This document shows, one piece after another, positions 50,270-60,378 of a stretch of 64,000 nucleotides of DNA. How positions within the stretch are numbered: the first letter of the stretch is position 1; the number at the start of each line of letters is the position of its first letter. Source of the DNA: Octopus sinensis (Eukaryota); NCBI RefSeq assembly GCF_006345805.1, contig NC_042999.1, forward strand, positions 9,610,001 to 9,674,000, written 5' to 3'. Under the pieces are notes generated by a model. It worked only from the letters and a program-made list of their open reading frames with translations, was not told the origin of the DNA and did not search any database. A program made the position numbers and the translations under genes.

Positions 50270-50800
50270 TTCTGAGTAACCAAAAGTCGAACCTAAGCAC
50301 ATCAACAACTTCCTGTCCCCGGAAAAGGTCATCAAGCCCATGACTTGTGGCAAGACACTTGACAGGGATGTTTTTTTTTTCCTTCAGAACTGTACAAAGA
50401 ACTAGGGGCATCCTACAATGTCCTTGTCAGTGTTTAAAAAGAGGGGGAAATGCCACTTGACATGTGGGCTGCTGCAATATTAACTGTCTTCGAGATCACA
50501 GACTCTTGAAGAAACTGCGATAATTCTTGAGGTATCTACATGCTTTCCACTAAGAGCAAAATCCTGTCCCGTGTCAATCTGAAAAAATTCATTCCAATTC
50601 TGAAGTAAACCTGATGGGGTTACAATGAGGCTTCTCGTCCGAACTGAGTACGGTGGGTAGGACTTTCACTGGGGAAGTGCAGGGAAAGGCTTTGGTCAGA
50701 GCATGGACTTGTATCTTGTTTCGTTGACCTGGTGGAAACTTTTAATATGGTCAGTCAGCTTTATGGGTGATCCTCATTCACCTTCTCTACAACGATAAGA
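50270..50800 (+). mobile_element. decayed RTE-clade LINE reverse transcriptase region
   Basis: Frame-hopping motifs EKVIKPMTCGK, EGEMPLD, NCDNS*GIYMLSTKSKILSRVNL, Q*GF, KCRE and DLYLVFVDL..TF follow RTE RT order. Confidence 0.7.
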
Positions 50801-51423
50801 CCAGAGAAATGCTCTTAGCTCACGTGTCCAATGAGGGCGTTCCCAAGAAGAGTACTCTCCAAGAGAAGAGTACTAGTTCCTCGTTTGTGTACTTAAAATT
50901 CTCTCTGTGGGGGCGCGTGTGTGTGTTATGCAAATAAAGCTGTTGAAATCCCATCAAAGCTAATTGCATGTCATTAGTAAATGTAATTTCGAAGAGTTCG
51001 GTCAAATCTAAAGTCTAAGAAAGATGGGTGAAACGATTATTTGCAAAAGGATGGCAGAAAGAAAACTGGACGAATGAAGAGAAATTTTGATGTAAACAAA
51101 CCAACAAACCAGCCGACCAACCAGTCAACCAGTCAACACATTCAGAAGTAATAAACTTCTCGAAGCTGTCATAAGTTTGTTTTGTTTTTCCTTTTCGTTT
51201 ACCCACAACGAGGCTGGCGTCAGAAGAACTGTAAATTTTAAACATACGACCATTGAAATGAGTTGTTTGGTTTTTTGGGCTTCTTTTTTTTCATTTTAAA
51301 GGGTATTTTTTTTTAGATTTCAGAAATAAAGTTTTAAAATCAAATATAAATAATGCAGAAGATGAAGGAGGCGCTGAATAATATTGAATATCTAGAAACG
51401 AGAAGATATAAGAATTTGACCAT

Positions 51424-51424
<1 letters not shown>

Positions 51425-51517
<93 letters not shown>

Positions 51518-51660
51518 ATGTGTGTTTGTGTTTGCTTAGGGGTAGGAGTGCACTTGTTTGTAGCTGGGTGTATGTGAGTGTATGTGTGCGTTTGTGTATC
51601 TGTGTGTATCTGTGTGTGTGCCTGTGTGTATGTGTGTGTGTGCCTGTGCGTGTGTGTGTG
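51425..51660. repeat. (CT)n/(TA)n/(TG)n compound microsatellite
   Basis: Direct inspection. Confidence 0.95.
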
Positions 51661-51698
51661 TCACAGTCATATATATTTACAGTCACATACACATAACA

Positions 51699-51970
51699 GT
51701 GAGTAGCCTAATGATTAGTATGTTGCATTCAGGATCTTACGATCGTAGTTTCGATTCCCAGACCAGGAATTGTGTTCTGTTCCTGAGCCAAACACTTCAT
51801 TTTATGACGTTGCTCCAGTCCACTCAGCTATGTCTTCCAGCAAATGCTGGGAAGTTAACCCTGCGAAGGACTGACCTCCCATCCAAGGGGTTGTGCTCTA
51901 CTCAGTCGCTTATACGTCAGGGAAACTGAATGGATCTCCAGTCTTATAGGTCGTAGGGTTCATGGCAAAA
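51699..51970 (+). mobile_element. tRNA-derived CORE-like SINE (group C)
   Basis: A/B-box head, gttgctccagtccactcagct, aaccctgcgaaggactgacctcccatccaagggg. Confidence 0.75.
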
Positions 51971-52134
51971 CTAATCCTAAAATAAGATGTGTTCCTGGTG
52001 TGTTTGTCCCGGTGTGGTTCCTTCATAAATCTTTCTATTTAATCTTACAAGAAACAAGTCCTGAACCGTCAGCTCCATATTTCAAATCCCATCTATGCCG
52101 ACGTAACTTCTCGTTTGTCAATTTTACATAAATT

Positions 52135-52665
52135 GAATCCCCCCAGAGAGCACTCACTAAACGAATTGAAGGCATGGCTGCTCTCGATTATTGGGATCGC
52201 CTTAAAGCCTTGAAACTCTACTCTCTCCAGCGTCGCCGTGAGCAGTACATCATTTGTACAATGTGGAGAATATACCGCCAACTTTGCCCAAACGACCTAA
52301 ACATTAGCTTCAAGGTTCATCCAAGACTGGGACCACGGGCCATACGTCCCCTGCCCAATTCAAGATCACAGCATATAGGTACACTGCAACATAATTTCTT
52401 TTCTTCAACAGGCCCTGCCCTATTTAACATTGTCCCGAAAGAGATCAAAGAGGAAAAAGACCCCATCACCTTTAAATGGAGTCTGGACAGATTTCTTCAA
52501 GGATTACCAGATAAGCCACCCATAATTGGATACAACTCACCCAACAAAAACTCACTACTTGAATGGACCAGAAACAAAACTTGACTTAAACAGGATTCAA
52601 ATAATCCTATCAGGTGGTGCTATTAAGTTAGACATGGCCTGGACTAATCTTTGGTTGAAACATAT
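52135..52665 (+). mobile_element. CR1-clade LINE 3' fragment
   Basis: LDYWDRLKALKLYSLQRRREQY...GPALFNIVPKEI...FKWSLDRFLQGLPDKP...NSLLEW parallels 33242-33934. Confidence 0.9.
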
Positions 52666-53178
52666 CTAAGTTTATAATTAAAATGGTCAGACAAAGAGTG
52701 CTACGTCAGGAGGATGTGAAACAGCCCCTAGTTTCACGCCTGTTTATTCTGGGGTTCAAATCCCACTGACGGTGACTTGATCATTCATCTCTCCAGTGGA
52801 TCAATGAAATATATATCCTAATATAGCTGCCATCTACACTCAGCCGACAATATACAAACCCCATGAGATTGTGCTTATTGCTTTCCGGCCACCATCTTAA
52901 GAAATGTGCGTCTATTTATAAATATTATCGAAGCTAAATATTGATTGCTTCCGGAGAATTTCATGTTGCGGATCTTATGAATCACTGTTGCCACAGAAAT
53001 ACAGTAAAGACATTAACTTAACAACATGTGTGTGTGCATGAGTGTGTGCACATGTGTGTGCATGAGTGTGTGTACGTGTGTGTGCGCATATGTGTGTGTG
53101 TATGTATCTGTGTGTGTGTGTGTGTGTTTATAGTACTTTTTGGTAATCTATGTAACTTACGGAAATTTATGGCCTATG

Positions 53179-53625
53179 GTACTCTGTCGTTACATACGGT
53201 GCTACAAGATACTCTTTTGCAATTTATGGTACTCTTCTGTAACCTATGGTACTATGTGAGCCTACAGTACTTTATGAATCTCTGGTAGTCTACGATAATC
53301 CATTGTCCTCTGTGATAATCTATGGTCTTCAATGTACTCTGTCATTACATACGGTGCTACAAGGTACTCTTTTGCAATTTATGGTACTCTTCTGTAATCT
53401 ATTGAACCTTATGAATCTCTGGTAGTCTACGATAATCCATTGTCCTCTGTGATAATCTATGGTCCTCAATGTACTCTGTCATTACATACGGTGCTACAAG
53501 GTACTCTTTTGCAATTTATGGTACTCTTCTGTAATCTATTGAACCTTATGAATCTCTGGTAGTCTACGATAATCCATTGTCCTCTGTGGTAATCTGTGAT
53601 AATCTATGGTCCTCAATGTACTCTA
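53179..53625. repeat. minisatellite, ~3.2 units of 137-155 bp
   Basis: The gtactct unit start recurs at 53179, 53334, 53471 and 53618. Units 2 and 3 are nearly identical. Confidence 0.92.
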
Positions 53626-53714
53626 GGATAATCAATAGTAAACACTGTTTCTTCACTTTTTGTCCTACTATTCCATATATGACCATCGCCAGGCATTGTT
53701 TCTAATTTAGGCAT

Positions 53715-53885
53715 AAGGTTAATAATTCTGAGGGGAGAGGTTGATCGATTACATCGACACCGATACACGACTGCTGCTTTAATTTATCGACCCCGAAAAG
53801 GATGAAAGGCAAAGCGGGATTTGAACTCAAAATGTAAAATGCCACAAAGCAATTTTTTCCGGCGCTCTAACGATTCTGCCGGCTT
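53715..53885 (-). mobile_element. SINE family B, diverged
   Basis: atcgaccccgaaaaggatgaaaggcaaag...gaactc. Confidence 0.8.
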
Positions 53886-54124
53886 TGGAGGTGGGAGTGG
53901 GTCTTCTCTGAAGATCAATCGAGAAACCACGCTCAGATATAATGCAGTGTGTAAGGAAGCGTGTATGCGCGAGAGTGTGTGTGTGTAGAGTTATATGTAT
54001 GTGTGACTGTGTGTGTATTTATGCACGTGTGTGTGTGTGTGCGTGTGCGTGTGTGCATGGGTCTGGATCTGTGTGTGTAAGGTTCCATCTGTGAATGCGT
54101 TTGCAACAATCCGAAAAACAAAAC

Positions 54125-54305
54125 TGATCAACCCTCACTATATTACTGGTACTTATTCTAACAACCTTGATGGAATTTCTTTCGACATTTTACGTTCTGA
54201 GTTCAATTCCCGCCAGGTCAACTTTGTCTTTCATCCCTCGGCCCTTAATATAATCCACTGAACTCCTCCCCAAATTTCAGGCTTTGTGCATTTATTAGAA
54301 ACAAT
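54125..54305 (+). mobile_element. SINE family B, diverged, with tail running into (ATC)n(ATT)n
   Basis: ttacgttctgagttcaattcccgcc...aaatttcaggctttgtgc...agaaacaatcattatc. Confidence 0.75.
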
Positions 54306-54309
54306 CATT

Positions 54310-54356
<47 letters not shown>

Positions 54357-54396
54357 TATTATTATTATCATCATTATTATTATTATTATTGTTGTT

Positions 54397-54812
54397 GAGT
54401 GAGAGAGCAGTTCATGCCATCAAAGTGACACTGGGGTAAAATATACGAAGCCCAATACACCCATCATGACTACCCGTCTGATAAGGGTACACCAGGCACA
54501 TGCATCACAACCATATGTGCACGACATGGTGATCTCATATCAAGATAAACAGCACATGACCTTGCAGGTGGGGCCCAGTTAGAATTTTCTTCAGGTTGAG
54601 TAGCCCATCCCGCTCAAAAGGTCCCTGAATAAGGGTTGTTTAAGGATGTTGAAAGAACCACCCATGTTTCCAGAGGTGAATTATCCAAACCCCAAAGAAT
54701 CCCTCTCAACACATGGCTATGATGCTCCCCCACTACCTCTGCTCGTGATCAGAGATGCACATATCGTCAGCCACTAAGGGACATGCTCAACTGGTTATGG
54801 TCAAACAACTGA

Positions 54813-54813
<1 letters not shown>
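54397..54813 (-). mobile_element. unclassified non-coding repeat D, copy 1 (shorter), within (ATT)n
   Basis: Highly similar to 56363-56780. Both copies share the terminus gagtgagagagca next to (ATT/GTT)n. Confidence 0.85.

Positions 54814-54885
<72 letters not shown>
54814..54885. repeat. (ATT)n microsatellite
   Basis: Direct inspection. Confidence 0.97.
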
Positions 54886-55740
54886 TTGATGAGAAAACAG
54901 CTTATTTTGCTGGGTATGGTGGAAGGTGTCAGCTACCCACATCCAACAGACTAAGGTGACACTTGTTTATTGGTCATGCTTCAAGAACCCTGCGGAGAGA
55001 CCTTTCACTTCCAGGCAATGATAATTTTTGTCATTGTTCTATTTTTACATTTGTACCAGTTGAGTGCTGATACTTCCAAGCGTACCAATTTCTACGGGTA
55101 TCACGTCTACCCTCCTCATTGCTCACATCCTTTCCTATTTCCCACTTCAAATTGTCATAGTGGTTTAGTTTTTCTTCTTTTTCTCTTCAATCTTGTCACT
55201 GGGTCATGCTATGTCGATTAACAGGCATGTTTTTTTTTTCTTTTCTGTTCACCACAACAATGTCCGGTTCCAGATGTCTGATCTGATGGCCACACTGAAT
55301 CATTGCATCCAGCAGTATTTTGTAGTCTTCATTCTCGGGAACTCCCTCAGAGATTTGGGCTTTGATCTTTCTTGGCCATAATTTCCACAAAGTTCCCAAT
55401 GGATCATTCTTGTTACATGTCGTTTTTTGTATTCGTGCTGTGGTCATTTCGGACATTCACTAACCATGGGCCACGCTGTTTCTCCCCTCACACCACACAT
55501 TTTTCACTTGTATCATCAATTCTGCACTTCACATAGTTTGTCCTCAATGCTTGTTCTTGTGCTGCGCATATAAGTGCTTCTGTTTCTATCTTTAGGTCAC
55601 AAATCCGCATTCATAATCACAGGCCTTCCATATCTGTTTTGAGGTTCGTATCTCTTGCAAACTGACCGTACACTTTTTTCCTCAGTGATTTCCTTGGTGA
55701 ACACGGTTCACTGTTTTTGCGCTGATGTTAAGATGGAATT
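54886..55740 (-). mobile_element. Dong/R4-type REL LINE 3' part ending in (AAT)n
   Basis: VYGQFARD, ETEALICAAQEQALRTNY, CGVRGET...ECPK (CCHC-like), EPDIVVVNRKEKK (REL), VIPVEIGTLGS, LRRVLEA*, then a short UTR. Confidence 0.85.
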
Positions 55741-55789
55741 TTAACTCAAGAAATGTGATATAATGAAGCTGAAAAAAGGCAAGGTAGGG

Positions 55790-56352
55790 TCCCTGGCAGG
55801 GATAGAATTACCAAATGGGAAAAGTAATGAAACAAATTGAAAAGAAAGGCTATGAGTACCTTGGCATACTAGAGTTCAATGAAATCATGGAGAAGGAAAT
55901 GGAAGAACAACTGAGGAAAGAATATTTCCGAAGACTAAGGTTGGTGTTGCAATCAAAATTGAGAGGGTGGAATAAAATCCAATCAGTAAATACAGGGGCG
56001 ATAGCATCACTTCGATTTGTGGCTGGAATCATAAACTGGCAAAAGAAAGAACTGATGAATATGGATAGGAAAACACGGACACTGTTGAGAGTGTAGGGAG
56101 CATTTAGTCCCAAGAGTGATACTGATAGGTTGTACTTGTCCAAAAGAAGGGATGGGAGAGGGTTGAACAGTTGCCAGGATTCTGATGAAGAAGGGGAAAA
56201 CAGCTTAGTGTGGGATGTAAACGTTGCCGTAGAACCGTTGCGGAAATATGTGAAAAAGTTGGGCATCATCAAACTTGATAATTGTGTAAAGAGAATTTTG
56301 AAGAGGAAAAGAACACAAAAAAAGAAACGGTATGAACTGAAAAGGATGTCAG
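55790..56352 (+). mobile_element. Dong/R4-type LINE post-RT segment in inverted orientation
   Basis: GYEYLGILE...KEYFRRLRLVLQSKLRGWNKIQSVN..A...INW...LMNMDRKTR, RLYLSKRRDGRGL. Confidence 0.85.
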
Positions 56353-56362
56353 GATTATTATT

Positions 56363-56920
56363 GAGTGAGAGAGCATTGCATGCCATCAAAGAGACCCTGG
56401 AGTAATATATACGAAGCCCAATATACCCATCATGACTACCCGTCTGATAAGGGTACACCAGGCACATGCATCACAACCATATGTGCGCGACATGGTGATG
56501 TCATATCAAGATAAACAGAGCATGACCTTGCAGGTGGGGCCCAGTTAGAATTTTCTTCAGGTCGAGTAGCCCATCCCACTCAAAAGGTCCCTGAATAAGG
56601 GTTGTTTAAGGATGTTGAACGAAACACCCATGTTTCCAAAGGTGAATTATCCAAACCTCCAAGAATTCCTTTCAGCACATGGCTATGATGCTCCCCCACT
56701 ACTTCTGCTCATGATGAGAGATGCACATATCGTCAGCCACTAAGGAACATACTCAACTGGTTTAAGGTCAAACAACTGACAAGCAAATCTGTGGTATTGA
56801 GCAGAATATTTGCTGTAGCCCATCTTTTATACCAAGACAAAACAATGTACATGATATCACTTGCAATCAGTTAAGATCGGAAGCCACAAGAGCCACTGCC
56901 TGGTACTGCATCAGGGCATT
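56363..56920 (-). mobile_element. unclassified non-coding repeat D, copy 2 (longer), within (ATT)n
   Basis: Extends ~110 bp beyond copy 1 to ...tcagggcattt, followed by (ATT)n. Confidence 0.85.
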
Positions 56921-56928
56921 TATTATTA

Positions 56929-57020
<92 letters not shown>

Positions 57021-57021
57021 A
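56921..57021. repeat. (ATT)n grading into (GTT)n
   Basis: Direct inspection. Confidence 0.95.
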
Positions 57022-57152
57022 TTCCGCCGAGGTCGACTTTGCCTTTTATCCTTTTGGCGTCGATAAATCAAGTACCACTTGAGTACTGGAGTCGATGTGA
57101 TCGGCTGTCCCCATCCCCACAAAAATCCAGACCTTGTGCCTATAGTAGAAAA
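57022..57152 (+). mobile_element. SINE family B, 5'-truncated, tail 2 then (ATT)n(AGT)n
   Basis: ttccgccgaggtcgactttgcc...ccttgtgcctatagtagaaaagattatt. Confidence 0.9.
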
Positions 57153-57170
57153 GATTATTATTATTATTAT

Positions 57171-57250
<80 letters not shown>

Positions 57251-57406
57251 TATTTCCCTAGCGTATTGATGAAAATGTTAACTGTTTCACTGAAATGAAG
57301 AATACTTTGATGATTCACCCACGAGCCACACAAGCGAACAAGATTATTTCCAAGTCTTGTGTTTATTGTGGAGATTTACTGATGGGGTGTCACTGCGGAT
57401 GTGAAG

Positions 57407-57688
57407 AGGCGTAGCTTAATTGTTGAGGTATTCGATACCCGCTGGGGTATTGTGTTCCCTGTATTTCGCGTTTCCCCCAATTCACTCAACTGACAAGAAT
57501 GAGCTGTACTTGTAATCCAAAGATGGCCACTCTTGCTGTATTCTGTCACGCTGAATCTCCTTGAGGGTTACATAAAAAGTACTCCTGTCTGTGGAGTACT
57601 CAGCCGTTTTGCACGCTAATTTCATTAGCAAGCTGTTCCGTCCATCGAATCAACTAGAACACTCATCGTTGCTACCATCAGAGTGCCG
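57407..57688 (+). mobile_element. SINE group C, diverged
   Basis: gtctgtggagtactcagccgttttgcacgctaatttcattagcaagctgttccg. Confidence 0.75.
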
Positions 57689-59555
57689 GTTTATTATTGT
57701 GGAGTAAAATTATCCGAGAAAGTGCCATGGCTGGAAAGGCGATTTTGGAGAGGTTGTTTATGATGAGGATGTATCGTTTGCATTACAGAAGTCTAGTGAA
57801 GTCATCAATTTAACAAAAACGTCGATGTTGTCTATATTAAATCTCGGGTGTTTGGTCGTAAATTTATAATGTCTGTGGTAGAAGTCAATCTTTTGATATC
57901 CATCAGTTTGTAATCTAGTTCTATAATATATTCTATGAATTCAGTCCAGATATAACAATGTGTGGGCGCGCATTAGAGATGTGTGTGTGTGTGTCTGCGC
58001 TTGTGTGTATGTGTTCGGGGTGGAGCAGTGTGGTGGAGGAAGAGGAAGGGGAGGAGGAGGAGGAGGAGGAGGAGGAGGGGGAGTTATCCAAATAACAAAA
58101 TTATGTTGGCATTCATTTTTAATAAAACTATCGAAATTTCCATAGTAGTACAAAAGTGCAAGTTAATTGTTGACAGAGCTGATCGACTCGACCCCCAGTA
58201 TATCACTGGTAAGTACGTCATCTTTCCGTGATAAGAGAACTTGGACCCGTTGCGTGAGCTAGACGTATAGGGCAGCGCGAGCTCTTGTCTTTCGAGTGTT
58301 TTTTAAATATCGAGTATTTTTTTAATTATTGAGGTTTCTTTTTCAGGGTCGATTCTTCCCCCGTTGGTTCAACCATTCACGATAAACCCTCCTGTATGTG
58401 GAGGGACTAAGAGACGTATGTAAAGATATGAAACGTCTGAAATTTGTTCTTCAGTGGCCGTGGGGATCAGGATGGATCCTTAGGGCCAGATTCGGCGAGC
58501 ATCGAAGCTCATCGAAGCGACAAGCGACAATTCTTGAGGAAAGTTACCAAATTGGATGTTGATCCTTGTTAAGAGACCGCCCCTCCCCGGTTGTAGAAAT
58601 TGTTATCCTGACTATCACGATACGTAGGAGAAACTCGAACAGGTTTCCCTTGGATTACGGTTCACATGCCTTGATGTTGGCCCCGGGGGGGAGTGAAATT
58701 TACCATAAAGAAGATTGTAACTAAATACTTCAAAATGTTTAATTCAAATTCTTCTCTTCCTACTTCTCCATCCAGCCATTCCGAATTCCTGCTGAACTTC
58801 AAAGACAGCCATTTCATAGCAGCGACACTGAAGTCATTCTGTTTATTTAACTAATACCTACCGTATTTAACCTAATCTAACCAGCTTAAAAAGCATTACA
58901 AACTCAGTTGTGTACATGTCCAAGAACATTATATGGCCGACCAGTATTTACAACTTCAATCCACAATGGAATAGGTTGTGGAGGAGACAGAAGGTGATTG
59001 TTTAGTCCCGGATACTTGAAACATTGGTTTGCCAAGCAACAATCCTCTGCTTCTGATCTCTGCGTTGCGTGTGTCCCGGGGCGAAGTTATTCAGTTGTCT
59101 GAAAACTTTCGTCAGTAATAGCGTGATGTATTTCTAAACGATTTTTTCATCTGCATAATGCTTTCAAAAAAACAGGAAAAAAATTAAGCTAAATAAAACG
59201 ATTTCTTTTGCTATTGTGGTTTCAGAAAAGAAGAACTTATAACGATACACGTCGATTGCAAGTGTCTTTGTTTTCTTTTCTTTTCGGTTTTTTTTTTATT
59301 TTTGTTTTTTTTTTTCAAATTCGTTTTGATTTTGTGTCTAAGCAAATGCAAAGCTTTGCCATAAATTGAAAGGACGCACGTAGGTGTAATCCAGCTCCTC
59401 TAGCTTCTTTTATTTCATGCGATGATGTGGCGATGAGGATGATGATGATGAGGAGGATGACAGTGGCGGCGGCGGCGGCCGTGGCGCTGCTGTGATTGTA
59501 GCGATGGTGGTGGTGGTGGTAAAAACACTGTAAATAATTTATATAAATAACCTCT

Positions 59556-59578
59556 CTGTCTCCCTCTCTCTCTCTCTT

Positions 59579-59609
<31 letters not shown>

Positions 59610-59656
59610 TTCTTTTCTCTTTTCCTTCTCTCTCTCTCTCTTCTCTCTCTCTTTTC

Positions 59657-59696
<40 letters not shown>

Positions 59697-59886
59697 CCTC
59701 TCTCTCTTCTCTTTCTCTCTCTCCCTCTCTCTCTCTCTTTCTCTTTCTCTCTCTCCCTCTCTCTCTCTCTTTCTCTCTCTCTCTCTTTTCTCTCTCTCTC
59801 TCTTTCCCTCTCTCTCTCCCTTTCTCTCTCTCTCTCTCTTTCCTCTCTCTCTCTTTCCTCTCTCTCTCTCTCTTTCTTTCCCTCTT

Positions 59887-59921
<35 letters not shown>

Positions 59922-59971
59922 TTTCCTCTCTCTCTCTCCCTTTCTCTCTCTCGTTTCCTCTCTCTCTTTCT

Positions 59972-60019
<48 letters not shown>

Positions 60020-60163
60020 TTCTCTCTCTCTTTTCCTTTCTCCTTCTCTCTCTCTCCTCTTCCTCTCTCTTTCTCTTTCTCCTCTCTCCCTCTCTCTTTC
60101 TCTTTCTCTCTCTCCCTCTCTCCCTCTCTTTCTCTTTCTCCTCTCTCCCTCTCCTCTCTTCTT

Positions 60164-60194
<31 letters not shown>

Positions 60195-60378
60195 TTTCTC
60201 TCTCTCTCTCTTTCTCCTCTCTCTCTCCTTTCTCTCTCTCGTCTCTCTCCTTTCCTCTCTCTCTCTCTTTCTTTCCCTCTTTCTCTCTCTCTCGTTCTCC
60301 TCTCTTCTCTTTCCTCTCTTTTCCTCTCTCTCTCTCCCTTTCTCTCTCTCGTTTCCTCTCTCTCTCTTTCTTTCTCTT
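59556..60378. repeat. ~820-bp (TC)n-based polypyrimidine tract
   Basis: Direct inspection. It is almost free of purines on the + strand. Confidence 0.97.

Noticed and set aside
53179-53625. Regularly spaced repeats resembling a CRISPR array
   Set aside because: Whole units are repeated with no unique spacers, there are no cas genes, and the context is eukaryotic.
56840-56920. Faint resemblance of the repeat D end to U2 snRNA segments (tgcagtacc, ggc..ttgtggct..gatc)
   Set aside because: The matches are short, gapped and in permuted order, so they are most likely chance. An Infernal search would settle it.
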